A DNA stretch of 64,000 bases, from contig NW_013657612.1 in assembly GCF_000142905.1 (NCBI RefSeq), positions 68,159 to 132,158 of the forward strand. The letters are read 5' to 3'. Made by a program: the position numbers and the translations under genes. The stretch is from Thecamonas trahens ATCC 50062 (Eukaryota > Protista > Apusomonadida). Below, piece by piece: positions 21,555 through 31,317 of the stretch (its first letter is position 1; each line of letters starts with the position of its first letter). A model generated the notes under the pieces. That model made no database searches. It saw only the letters and a program-made list of their open reading frames with translations, and was not told the DNA's origin.

Positions 21555-24500
21555 ATGGCCAGCTCCACGCCTGCCTTCCACCGGGTAGCAGCGGAGCACC
21601 TCTCGGCGAGTCTGCAACGGCTTGCATCTGGCCCACCTCGTGCGGTGCTCTCTCGGCTCCTCCGGCTCTCGCCGCTGCCAGCCGAGGGCAAGCTCCTCTC
21701 GCCACGGAGCGCATGGTGCTTGGTGGCTGTGGGCAACGTAGCTGCTTCATCTTCGCCGCAAAATGCGTCTTTGCTTCTTCCTCATGTCACGCAACATCTT
21801 CATGCCCTTCATGCCTTTCTCAAGGCAGACTCGCTCAAGCCGTCGATGTCATCGCTTGTCGCTTTCTCGCCCTCATCGCCCTCATCGCCCTCGACCACGC
21901 CTCGCCTCGCTCATCGTCTGCATCCATCAACATCGTTTGAGAGTGAGGCTCAGAGCGGGTTCGGGAGCAACGCCAACGGCCACGGCTCGCATCAGCTCCC
22001 GCTCTTGCTGCGGGCAAAGGGCCGGGCGACCAACTCGACGGCGGCAGAGGAGTTTTTTGCAGAGCTCACCACTGCGCTCCTCGCCGCCGTCGCCGTCCAC
22101 GATGTGGAGCACAAGGCGGTGTTTGGTCCACTGGTGGCGCTCGTTGAGGCCTTTGACGTCTCCCGCCCACTTCACGCCCGGATGCTTGCAGCTATGCTCG
22201 CCGCCATGGCCTCGGCGCCGTCCCACGCCTGCACCGTCTGCCTCGTCCCGCTCTCGACGGAGCTCCTTTCGTTTGTAGCGAACCTCTTCTGTTCGCTGGG
22301 CGACAGCCTCCCGCTTCCGGTCCTCGGCTCGCTCCGTTCATCCCTCCTCCAGCTGGCCAACACCCTCATCCTGACCTCGCCGAACCTGCAGAGTACGCCC
22401 GAGACGGCGGCGCTGTACTCGGCGGCGCTGGCAATGGTGGGCTCGGCCAAGAGTTCCCGGGTCGCCCATCCGGCTGCGGTCACGCTCCTTGCCACCATTG
22501 GTTGCGCCCAGCCGGCCAAGACCCGTGCCGTTTTTGACACCCTCGTTGACGTCCTTGACGAGCCGGTTGAGCCGAGTGCGCTCTCGATGGCACAGACACT
22601 GGCGGTCCTTGACGCCGTGCTGGCCGGACTCGCACGCCTCACCGCTGTCTCGCGCACCCTCCGCCGCGGCTTTGTCGCCCAGCTCCAGGACGTCCTCTTC
22701 TCGCGCTGGTTCATGGCTGCGCTCTCGTTCTCGACTCCGCACAAGGGCGACGAGGCGTTGCGCAAGCGGGTTACTGCTGCGCTTGCCAATGGCCTCCTCG
22801 ACACCCACGGTGCGCTGCCCGACTCGGCAGTCGCGCTCCTCTCAGCGTTTGTCCTCGAGCTCGCGTCGCGCGTGACCGAACTCATGGCAGCGGCGACGGC
22901 GCCGCGACCCACAGGCACGCCTGCCTCGGACACCTCGCTCTCGACCTCGCTTGGCACGTTCTTCATCGCCCTCCTCGGCGACGTCGCAGTCCGGTTTGGT
23001 GTGCCGTCGGTCTCCAAGGTTGTTCTCAACCACTATGTGTCCTCGCTTGACACGGCGGACGACGACTCGACCTTTGCCGGGCCGATTGTGGCGGCGCTCA
23101 CCACTATGGCACTCGCAGCCGCCCGCGCCGACTCGTCGTCGTCGGTCCTCACCGAAATTCTCTCCCTCTTCTCGCGACTTGCACAGCGCGCAGCGCCTCG
23201 GCTTGCGCGCGCCTTTCCGTCGGCACTCTACTTGCATGTCATGGACGCTTTTGTCGCGCTCGGCAACGGCCTCGATTCGGCGTACATGCGCGCCGACCTC
23301 GGTGCCCGCCTCGTCCAGATCTTTGTTCTCCTCGCCCGCCAGTCGCTCTCGGGCCTCACGGCCACCGACTCGGCGTCGGTGCCTAACAACCTGACCCAGT
23401 CGCAGCTCCGCGCCGCGGCTGCTCCGCTCACTCACCTCCTTCCACCGATTGTGGCGCTTCTCTCGTCAACAACCCCGGACGACATCCTCTTCCCGCGCAT
23501 CACCACCGCCAAGATCTACCACTCGCTCTGGGCGTACTGCGTCCTGTTCCAGATGCCCGAGGAGGGCGTGTGGCCGGCACCGGTCTTCGAGTCAGTCGTC
23601 AAGCTTGCCAGCCGTATGCCTGTGCTCATCGCTCCGGCGCTCACCCACTCGTTCTCCGAGTTTGTGGCCGAGCTCAACGACGCCATCCTCCCGTTTCTCC
23701 CGCGTGATGCGCCGACGACCCTCACCATGGCGCTCGCTGCCGCCCTCCCGTCGGTGGCGCGGACCACACTCACCGCGCTCGGCACTGTCCGGGCCTTTTA
23801 CCTGTACGCGGTGTACAAACTCGAGTCGCTCCGCTCGGCCTCGCTCTTCATCATGCCGTCGTTTGTCTACCTCGAGGACTCGGAGCTCGCCACGTCTGGC
23901 CCGCTCCACGACGCACTCAAGGCCCTCCCGCATGTACTGCTCGCCGACTTTTTGGCGGTGCTTGCGCTGCCGCCGGCGGTGCACAGCTCGCTGATGGCCC
24001 AGCCCAAGTGCCCAGCTCCGGCGTCGGGCCTGTGCGGATGCAAGGCAAGGATTGAGGAGGAGCATGCGATTTTTTTGGCTGCGTTCATGGCGCACCAGTA
24101 CAAGGACATCCGCCACGTTGCTGCCGACATTCTCCTTGCCCTTGTCCGTGGCTCGACTGCGCTGCTCACCTCAGTCCGCGCTCTCCGGTTCCTCATGGAC
24201 TTGCTCGAGGTACTCGCAGCCTCGGTCAACGTGGGCGTCTCGCCTGCGTCGGAGATCCCGGTCACACTCCGGCCCGAGGAGCTTGCTCTCCGCCTCCCCA
24301 ACCTCGACCACTCGGTCACACTCCCGCTCGACCTTGCCGCCCGCGCCGCTGTTCTCGGCAACGTTGCCTCGGTTGCCTCGGCCTGGCTCTCTGCCGGCAT
24401 GCAAGCTGCACCGGCGCAGGTTCAGGCAGTCATCTCGGGCATGCTCCGTGACTTTAACCGACTTGCTGGCCCGGCGCTCCCTCACCTCGACGGCCTCATT

Positions 24501-27500
24501 TTGCGGGTAGGCTCGCTCACGGACCCAGTGCTCGACTCGTTGGTGACGCCCAAGGCCAGCGCCGAGCACGCACGCCTCGCTGCAACCTCGCATCGGCAGC
24601 AGACAACATTTGGTTCACAGCTTGTGCGCGAGTCGTACCACACCGGGCTGGTTGTCGGCATGGTGTCGTCTGGCGTTGATGTCGTGAGCCATTTGCTGGC
24701 AGCAGTCGACGCCGCGCTCGCTGTCCCTGGACCGGTCCCGGGGCGGCCGGCCTGGTCCCACGACATTGCCTCGCTCACCTACACGCTTGCAGCGTATGTG
24801 GTGCGAGCATGCAGCTCGGGTGAGCCGGTTTCATCGTCGGTCCTCGACGCGCTCACTCTGCTTCCGGTCAAGGCCTTTACGCGGGCCTCGCTAGAGGTTG
24901 GCGTCTCGGCGTGGGCGTGGGTAGTCGGGTCAGAGCCAGCACTGGACGCGCTCCTCCTTGCGCGCCTGGTCGAGCTGTGGGACTGGAGCCAGACGAGCCG
25001 TCTTGGCCTCTTTGCACCCGATCCCGAGGCTGCTGATTCAGTCGCCGATGCCGGCCCGCACAAGACCTGGCTCGTCTACCTCCACGAGCGGCTGACGGGC
25101 TCAGTAGCGTCTGCGGCTGCCGTGGCGGCGCTCCTGCACACGCTTGTCACTCACGCACTCCACGACCCGCTCGGTCTCTCGGTTCACCCGTCGGCGCTCC
25201 CAGCGCGGCTCGCGCTCTTGGACCTCGGGCTCAAGCTCGCGTCCGGTGCGGCGATTCGCCGGCCGGCAGCTGGCGCGCCGTCGCTGGCGCTCACCGGCGC
25301 GTCGGGCTCGGGTGAGCTGAGCGCGGGCTCTGGCGAATGCGAGTCGCAGGCGTCGGGCCCTGCCGCAGCTGGACAAGTTGGCGAAGTCGGCGAGTGGAGC
25401 GGTGCGGGTGTGGCGATGTCGTCGCTCGGCGAGACCGGGTACGTCGAGTCGCCGCGGCCGGGGCCGACGCTCGATGTTCTTGGCTCGCTTATTCTCCGCG
25501 ACGTGGTGTACAACGGGCTTCTCACCTGGTTTGTCTCGCACTCGGCCTGGTTCCGCGGCGATGATGAGGGCAACCACGAGGCGCTCGCGCAGCTCATCGA
25601 ATTTGCGCGCGCGCTGCAGTCCGACGGTGACGTGCTCACCCAGCTGGTGAGTGCTCTGGAGGAGATGCAGGGCGGCGAGGATGCAACGACGAGCGCAAGC
25701 GTGGTTAGCGAGTTTGACGCCGCAGACGCTGCGCCGCTTGTCGACTGCCTCCCGCTGCTGTACTCGCTGCAGGACCGGCGGCACCTTGCGCTTGTGCTAC
25801 TCGCGTCGGAAATTGAGCGGTTGGCGACGTGGACCAACCCGCTGCACATGCCTGGGCGTGCGGTTGCGGGCGCAAACGAGTTCCCCATCCCATCGCCGGC
25901 GGACGCACCCAAACTGTGGAAGGAGCTGGTGGAGGTGGCGTGGACGACGCTGCCGCGGCTGGCTGTCCAGTTGACAAAGCGGTTCCCGGCTGCGCTCATC
26001 CGGCGGCAGGTGGAGGCGCTGGTGCGGGCCAATGCTGCTGCGCTCATCGATGTGCCCGAGGCCATTCCGCTGTTGGTGACCGAGGCGAGCGTGCGAGCGA
26101 ACGCGCCGGCGCTCCGGCTCCTTGTCTCGTGGGCGCCGTGCGAGGCGGCGACGGCGGTGGCGCTTCTCTCGTGGAAGTCTGTACCGCCGCACAACCTCGT
26201 GGTTCAGTACGCGCTGCGTGTTCTCCGCGGCCTGCCTGTGCGCGACGTCATCTTCTTCATCCCGCAGCTTGTACAGGCACTCCGCGCTGATCCGCACGGG
26301 TACATTGCGCAGTTTCTGGCGGCGTCTGCGGCCAAGTCGTCGATTGTGGCACACCAGCTGCTGTGGAACATGAAGACGTATCAGGAGAAGAACGACGATG
26401 GCGAGTTCCTTGACGGCCTCCTCGGCCCGCTCTGCACCCGCCTGGAGGAGACCATCCTGGGCAACTTTACGGCGGAGCAGGAGCAGTTCTACCATGACGA
26501 GTGGTCGTTCTTTGAGGCGGTGACCCAGATCTCGGGCGTCCTTGTCCCGCTCAAGTCGAAGCCCGAAGAGCAGCGGCAGAAGCTTTACGACGAGCTGGAC
26601 AAGATTGTGGTGGGCGAGGGCCAGAAGCTGTACCTTCCATCGGACGTGACACAGCTGGTTCGCGGCGTCAAGTACCGGTCGGGAGTGTGCCTCAAGTCTG
26701 CGGAGAAGGTGCCGATTCTCATCACGTTTGCGGTGGAGGAGTCGGACGAGCTCTTCAACGAGGGCCACGAGTCCGAGTCCGAGTCGGACGATGACGACGT
26801 CGGCGACGTTGGTGGGCAGGGGTGGGGCGAGAGCTCGTCTCAGGCCTCTGCGAGCGATCGCGGTGAGAGTCTGGCGCTGAGCGGGGCAGGTGGTACGGCG
26901 GGAGGCGCACCGTCGCTCCGCTGGCAGGGCTGCATCTTCAAAGTCGGTGACGATGTGCGGCAGGACATGCTCGCGCTTCAAGTCATCAAGCTCTTTGACG
27001 CGCAGTTTAAGCGGATTGGGCTCCCGGTCTACCTCTACCCGTACAACGTGGTGGCGACCGGGCCCGGATCTGGCGTCATCGAGGTGGTGGCCAACGCCAA
27101 GTCGCGCGACGAGCTCGGGCGAGCCAACGACATGCCGCTCAAGGAGTACTTTATCTCACGGTACGGGCCGGAGGACTCTGCCGACTTTGCGGCGGCGCGA
27201 CACGAGTTTATCGCGTCGACGGCCGGGTACTCGGTGGCGTGCTACCTGCTCCGGCTTGTTGATCGCCACTCGGGCAACATCATGCTCCTGGGCTCGGGTC
27301 AGATGGTTCACATCGACTTTGGCTTTATTGGTGGGCTCTCGTCACCCGGCGGCGATCTCGGCTTTGAGCGCGCGCCGTTCAAGATGACCAACGAGATGGC
27401 GGAGCTGATGGGCGGGAAGAACTCTGAGCACTTTGCACTCTTCCGCGAGCTGGTTGTCAAGGCATACCTGGCGGTGCGCCCGTTGGCGCCGACGGTGGTG

Positions 27501-27707
27501 GCGCTCTTTGAGCTCCTCTCCGAGACTGGGCTCCTCTGCTTCAAGCCGGGCCTCCTCCCTCTCCTCCTCGACCGGTTCAAGCCGCATCTGAGCGAGGCGC
27601 AGGCCGCGGCGTATGCGTCCAAGCTGGTGGACGACTCGTTCGACATCACCACGTATCTCTACGACAAGCTGCAGAACATCCAGAACGGGATTGCGTTCTA
27701 CAAGTAA
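21555..27707 (+). CDS. PI4KA: Phosphatidylinositol 4-kinase III alpha (STT4-like), 2050 aa
   Basis: PIK helical domain (VVQYALRVL...FFIPQLVQALRAD...AHQLLWNMK) and kinase motifs CIFKVGDDVRQDMLALQVI, DRHSGNIML, HIDFGF, FERAPFKMT and YLYDKLQNIQNGI. Confidence 0.95.
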   Translation: MASSTPAFHRVAAEHLSASLQRLASGPPRAVLSRLLRLSPLPAEGKLLSPRSAWCLVAVGNVAASSSPQNASLLLPHVTQHLHALHAFLKADSLKPSMSSLVAFSPSSPSSPSTTPRLAHRLHPSTSFESEAQSGFGSNANGHGSHQLPLLLRAKGRATNSTAAEEFFAELTTALLAAVAVHDVEHKAVFGPLVALVEAFDVSRPLHARMLAAMLAAMASAPSHACTVCLVPLSTELLSFVANLFCSLGDSLPLPVLGSLRSSLLQLANTLILTSPNLQSTPETAALYSAALAMVGSAKSSRVAHPAAVTLLATIGCAQPAKTRAVFDTLVDVLDEPVEPSALSMAQTLAVLDAVLAGLARLTAVSRTLRRGFVAQLQDVLFSRWFMAALSFSTPHKGDEALRKRVTAALANGLLDTHGALPDSAVALLSAFVLELASRVTELMAAATAPRPTGTPASDTSLSTSLGTFFIALLGDVAVRFGVPSVSKVVLNHYVSSLDTADDDSTFAGPIVAALTTMALAAARADSSSSVLTEILSLFSRLAQRAAPRLARAFPSALYLHVMDAFVALGNGLDSAYMRADLGARLVQIFVLLARQSLSGLTATDSASVPNNLTQSQLRAAAAPLTHLLPPIVALLSSTTPDDILFPRITTAKIYHSLWAYCVLFQMPEEGVWPAPVFESVVKLASRMPVLIAPALTHSFSEFVAELNDAILPFLPRDAPTTLTMALAAALPSVARTTLTALGTVRAFYLYAVYKLESLRSASLFIMPSFVYLEDSELATSGPLHDALKALPHVLLADFLAVLALPPAVHSSLMAQPKCPAPASGLCGCKARIEEEHAIFLAAFMAHQYKDIRHVAADILLALVRGSTALLTSVRALRFLMDLLEVLAASVNVGVSPASEIPVTLRPEELALRLPNLDHSVTLPLDLAARAAVLGNVASVASAWLSAGMQAAPAQVQAVISGMLRDFNRLAGPALPHLDGLILRVGSLTDPVLDSLVTPKASAEHARLAATSHRQQTTFGSQLVRESYHTGLVVGMVSSGVDVVSHLLAAVDAALAVPGPVPGRPAWSHDIASLTYTLAAYVVRACSSGEPVSSSVLDALTLLPVKAFTRASLEVGVSAWAWVVGSEPALDALLLARLVELWDWSQTSRLGLFAPDPEAADSVADAGPHKTWLVYLHERLTGSVASAAAVAALLHTLVTHALHDPLGLSVHPSALPARLALLDLGLKLASGAAIRRPAAGAPSLALTGASGSGELSAGSGECESQASGPAAAGQVGEVGEWSGAGVAMSSLGETGYVESPRPGPTLDVLGSLILRDVVYNGLLTWFVSHSAWFRGDDEGNHEALAQLIEFARALQSDGDVLTQLVSALEEMQGGEDATTSASVVSEFDAADAAPLVDCLPLLYSLQDRRHLALVLLASEIERLATWTNPLHMPGRAVAGANEFPIPSPADAPKLWKELVEVAWTTLPRLAVQLTKRFPAALIRRQVEALVRANAAALIDVPEAIPLLVTEASVRANAPALRLLVSWAPCEAATAVALLSWKSVPPHNLVVQYALRVLRGLPVRDVIFFIPQLVQALRADPHGYIAQFLAASAAKSSIVAHQLLWNMKTYQEKNDDGEFLDGLLGPLCTRLEETILGNFTAEQEQFYHDEWSFFEAVTQISGVLVPLKSKPEEQRQKLYDELDKIVVGEGQKLYLPSDVTQLVRGVKYRSGVCLKSAEKVPILITFAVEESDELFNEGHESESESDDDDVGDVGGQGWGESSSQASASDRGESLALSGAGGTAGGAPSLRWQGCIFKVGDDVRQDMLALQVIKLFDAQFKRIGLPVYLYPYNVVATGPGSGVIEVVANAKSRDELGRANDMPLKEYFISRYGPEDSADFAAARHEFIASTAGYSVACYLLRLVDRHSGNIMLLGSGQMVHIDFGFIGGLSSPGGDLGFERAPFKMTNEMAELMGGKNSEHFALFRELVVKAYLAVRPLAPTVVALFELLSETGLLCFKPGLLPLLLDRFKPHLSEAQAAAYASKLVDDSFDITTYLYDKLQNIQNGIAFYK

Positions 27708-27732
27708 AACGAGCGGCGTTTACCCGGTGGCA

Positions 27733-29652
27733 TCAAAACCACTTGGTGAGATCAAAGGCGGCGTAGGTGTTGCAGCAGGCAGCACGCCAGGTGGCGCCGT
27801 TGCCGTTGCCCCAAGCCACGTACGAGGTGAGCGAGGCAAGGTCGTTGGTGGCCGAGACGATGTTGGAGCCGGTCGGGGTCGGCTGCGGCATGGGCGGGCA
27901 GTGATACGGGTCGCCGGCAGGCTCCTGCTTGGACTTTGCGGCGACGATGGCGGTGATGTTGAGAGCCTGGTCCATGCCAACGAGGACGCCATCCTCGGCG
28001 TAGTTGACAAAGCCGTCGCGAATGAGCAGGTAGCGGAGCTCCGAGTTGGACATGCGCGACTGCGACCACGAGTAGTACTTGCGGGTCTCGGGCGCGTATG
28101 CGGCGTTGGTCCGGTAAACAGCGTCGGTCATGGGAAAGCCGTACTGAACGGTCTTGCCCTCGTACTCGATGGTGGCGGCGGCCTCGACAGGCGAGTCGGC
28201 ATGGAAGATGTACGAGTCGATGTCGTTGGTCTCGATGACCACGCCGGCGCGATCGGGCTGCGACATGATGCCAAAGTTGAAGCCGACGGTGTTGTGCTCG
28301 TCGTTCCAAAGTGTGAGCGCCGAGTCAAGATGCTTCGACTTTTCCATGATGTAGCGGAGGCGGAGGACCCAGGCCATGCCCTTGAACGAGATGGCCTCGC
28401 CCTCCTCGAGGTTGGCCTCGTGGACCGAGATGCCTTCGGCCGAGACACCGGCGAGGGCACCGTAGAAGCCGATAAAGCCAAAGGTGGCATGGGCCACACC
28501 GCCGTCGTTGGGCTTGAACACCGTGACGACCTTACCGGTGTTGGCGCCGGTCGACGATGCCCAGTCGAGGTTGCGGGCCGAGAACACGTTCCCGCCCTGA
28601 GTCCGGTTGCCCCAGATGCCAAACATGGAGCAGCCGAACGACTTGTAGTTGGCGTCAACAAGGGCTTGGAGGCCAGCGGCAATGCGGCGGGCACGGGCGG
28701 GATCCATGCCGTCGGCGATGAGGATGACGTCGAGCATGGTCATGACGTCCATGGTGCGGGCAGCAGCCAGGTCGGAGCCGAAAATCTCCTTCTCCAGCAC
28801 ATACCGGAGATCAGTGATGGTGCCAGGAAAGTTGGCCAGGGTGATGATGGTCTTGACGTCACGGAGTGCGCTGGGGTTGGCAGCGCCGATGCCGGCCAGT
28901 TCCTGGGCGTAGATGTCGGGCGTGGCCTTGCCGAGGAAGGCATCGTACTGCCAGACGCAGAACTCGCGGACAGCCGCCTGGACCACGGCGTTCTTGGAGA
29001 CCAGATTGTGGAGGAAGAGCGAGGCCAGGTCAAGCACTTTCTGGCCCACGAGGGCGCCGTAGTCGTAGCTGCGAGGAGGAGGGGGGGGGGGGTCCCCTTT
29101 TTTTTTTTTTTTTGCTTTCTTTTTTTGGTTGGGTGGTGGCNNNNNNNNNNNNNNNNNNNNNNNNNNNNNNNNNNNNNNNNNNNNNNNNNNNNNNNNNNNN
29201 NNNNNNNNNNNNNNNNNNNNNNNNNNNNNNNNNNNNNNNNAAAAAGGTCGTGAGCAGGTGATCGTGGTCGTGGTCGTGGTCGTGATCGTGGTCGTGATCG
29301 TGATCGTGATCGGGGGTGGGAGGGGCAGGGGTGGGGGGGGGGGCAAGGGGGGAAGAGAGCGGGAGGGGGGAGGGGGGGGGGGGGATGCGGTGTAGGGTGT
29401 GCGGTGTGCAGGCATGTAGACGTACCCCATCTGGTAGTGGGAGCCCTCGAGGACGAGGAGGTAGACTGGCGAGTCGTAGCCAAAGTTCTCGGCCACGCCT
29501 TGCGGAGCGGTGACGGTGTAGAGGCGCGAGGCATTGTGGCTGGCCTGGAGGGCGTAGCCTTCGGGGATGGCGGTAGAGTAGCCAACCCAAGAGCCGGTGG
29601 CAGCCACCACAAGGGCGAGCATAACCAGAGCAGAAACAGCGGAAGAGGTCAT
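27733..29652 (-). CDS. Secreted/lysosomal Ntn-hydrolase (acid ceramidase/C45-like, resembling Dictyostelium dcd1); intron 29069-29425 contains an assembly gap
   Basis: Signal peptide; splicing GTACGT...CGCAG gives LEGSHYQMGYDYGAL; nucleophile motif GCSMFGIWGNRT...FSARNLDW; GALAGVSAEGISVHEANL; RTN. Confidence 0.85.
   Translation of the reverse strand: MTSSAVSALVMLALVVAATGSWVGYSTAIPEGYALQASHNASRLYTVTAPQGVAENFGYDSPVYLLVLEGSHYQMGYVYMPAHRTPYTASPPPPPPSRSLPPLPPPPPLPLPPPITITITTTITTTTTTTITCSRPFXXXXXXXXXXXXXXXXXXXXXXXXXXXXXXXXXXPPPNQKKKAKKKKKGDPPPPPPRSYDYGALVGQKVLDLASLFLHNLVSKNAVVQAAVREFCVWQYDAFLGKATPDIYAQELAGIGAANPSALRDVKTIITLANFPGTITDLRYVLEKEIFGSDLAAARTMDVMTMLDVILIADGMDPARARRIAAGLQALVDANYKSFGCSMFGIWGNRTQGGNVFSARNLDWASSTGANTGKVVTVFKPNDGGVAHATFGFIGFYGALAGVSAEGISVHEANLEEGEAISFKGMAWVLRLRYIMEKSKHLDSALTLWNDEHNTVGFNFGIMSQPDRAGVVIETNDIDSYIFHADSPVEAAATIEYEGKTVQYGFPMTDAVYRTNAAYAPETRKYYSWSQSRMSNSELRYLLIRDGFVNYAEDGVLVGMDQALNITAIVAAKSKQEPAGDPYHCPPMPQPTPTGSNIVSATNDLASLTSYVAWGNGNGATWRAACCNTYAAFDLTKWF
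29141..29240. other. Assembly gap (100 N) inside an intron
   Basis: N run. Confidence 0.99.
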
Positions 29653-29845
29653 GGTGAGGAGGAGTGTAGCGATGGGGGGGGGTGCGGAAGGGGACGGCGA
29701 GGTGGTCGCGTGTCACGTGCGCTTTCGAACGACGTTGGTGTTGGCGGTGAGTCGGCGAGTTGGCGAGTTGGGCATGTTGGGCGGACAAGTCGTCTACCGG
29801 GTGGCGGCGGGAACAGCTGTCTCGACCACAGGCGAGTGACGGGAC

Positions 29846-30064
29846 ATGCAGCACGTGACGGCTGAGCGAGGAACGTTGCTTGTGTGTGCCGACTCTGCGG
29901 TAAAGCAGTTTGTACTCTCGCTTGACGTGGGTGAGGCTGAGGACTCATGGGTTCTCGCTGATCTGGACGACGTCCATCTGGTGGTCGACTCGTCCGAGGT
30001 CAAGCGCATCCGCAACAAGCTCCGTGACCTCCTTGACGAGAACCATGTCAAGTTCATTCAATAG
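29846..30064 (+). CDS. GTF2H5: TFIIH subunit 5 (TFB5/TTDA)
   Basis: 72 aa; GTLLVCADSAVKQFVLSLD...WVLADLDDVHLVV...LRDLLDEN fits the Tfb5 pattern (GVLIECDPAMKQF...FIIQDIDDTHVFV). Confidence 0.88.
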   Translation: MQHVTAERGTLLVCADSAVKQFVLSLDVGEAEDSWVLADLDDVHLVVDSSEVKRIRNKLRDLLDENHVKFIQ

Positions 30065-30191
30065 TTGTTGTGGGCGGTGGAACTGGTCCTGACTAGAGCG
30101 CCAGGGCTTGGTGGCGCCGATGAGTGACTGATCTCGGTGTGCGGCCGGCTGCCCCTTCCCTCGCTTCCCTCTCACTGGCTTGGTTCACTCC

Positions 30192-31157
30192 TCAGCGCTT
30201 CCGCAGCTTGCGCTTGCCTTGATTGAGCTCGGATTCGCTGGGAGCGGGCTTGCGCTTGCGCTTGCCAGTGGTCTTTCCGCTGGTCTTGGTGGCAGCGGCC
30301 GCCTTGGCCGCCTTTCGCTCGGCAGCCTTGCGCTGCGCGGCAGTCGGCGGTGCCTTGGTCCGAGTAAAGACCAGAGTGTGGGCATGGCCCTTGGATGCGA
30401 CATTGGACTTTGCAGCCGAATAGGTGTAGCCGTCGAGGGCAAAGGCCTTCAGATCGTCCATTGTGGCGGCGGCCGACTGGACGACGTGGCGGACAAAGGC
30501 ACCACGACCGGCCTTGGAATAGACGCCTGACGACCGCCCCGCGGTCTCAAACTTGACGTTGACCACGACAATGCGCTTGTCGTCGGCGGCCTGGGCAATC
30601 TCCGCCGCGACAGCCTTGTAGTACTCATCCGAGGCGACGTTGACGACGATGGGCGGTTCGTCACCGGTAGCCTCGGCATCGGAGACCACGGCCTTGCCCA
30701 GGTCGTCGCCCCAGAACTCATACAGCGAGTCGACGCCGACCTCAAGCTTGCCCTTGAGCCGGGTGCCCATGCAAAGTCTGTAAAAGCCGATCTCGTCCGA
30801 GGGCGTGACCAGGCCGTAGAGGCCCGAGATGATGCGCAGCTTGGCATCCAAAGCCTCCATGTCGAGCTCGCTGGCCTTGAGTGCCACATACGCCGTCCCC
30901 GCATATGCCAGCGCAGCTTCCCGCACTGCGGCCTTGCCTGCGGCCAGAGCAAGATGACCATCCCGTGCACCGCTTGCCAGAGCCGCCGACACGCCCAGCA
31001 GCTTCCCTGTCGCCGCCACCGATAGCTCGCCCAGCGCCGCCACCAGCTGGGCCGTCTTTTGTCCGAACCGGAGGCTCGCCACGTCCACGGCGGTGACCTT
31101 TGTCTCTGCAGGATACGACATGCTCTTGGCTGGCGAGAGCAGGCAAAGAACGCCCAT
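30192..31157 (-). CDS. yaaA: Peroxide-stress DNA-binding protein YaaA (UPF0246/DUF328) with basic C-terminal tail
   Basis: Starts MGVLCLLSPAKSM; motifs AYAGTAY, LRIISGLYGLV...IGFYRLCMGT, LYEFWG, IVVNVASDEYYKAV and YSKAGRGAFVRH. Confidence 0.9.
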   Translation of the reverse strand: MGVLCLLSPAKSMSYPAETKVTAVDVASLRFGQKTAQLVAALGELSVAATGKLLGVSAALASGARDGHLALAAGKAAVREAALAYAGTAYVALKASELDMEALDAKLRIISGLYGLVTPSDEIGFYRLCMGTRLKGKLEVGVDSLYEFWGDDLGKAVVSDAEATGDEPPIVVNVASDEYYKAVAAEIAQAADDKRIVVVNVKFETAGRSSGVYSKAGRGAFVRHVVQSAAATMDDLKAFALDGYTYSAAKSNVASKGHAHTLVFTRTKAPPTAAQRKAAERKAAKAAAATKTSGKTTGKRKRKPAPSESELNQGKRKLRKR

Positions 31158-31215
31158 GGATGGCTGGTGCTTGTGCTGGTGCGGCGTTGTGTGTGCGGTG
31201 AGGTTGTGGCGAAAG

Positions 31216-31270
31216 CGATCACGATCGCGATCGCGATCGTGATCGTGATCGAGTGGTGGTGATCGATCGC
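31216..31270. promoter_or_regulatory. (GATCGY)n tract plus GGTGATCGATCG in the yaaA / TerD-NDK divergent promoter
   Basis: Dense GATC repeats in the 160-bp gap between ATG 31157(-) and ATG 31318(+); the reverse complement contains CGATCGATCACC, similar to the motif at 20138. Confidence 0.45.
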
Positions 31271-31317
31271 GGCTGTCTTCCCGACGGACCAACGCTCGTG
31301 GTACTCCACTCTCCCCC

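Noticed and set aside
27255-27290. PI4KA catalytic loop DRHSGN instead of DRHNGN as a sign of inactivity
   Set aside because: The catalytic DRH..N and DFG residues are intact, and that position varies among PI3/PI4 kinases.
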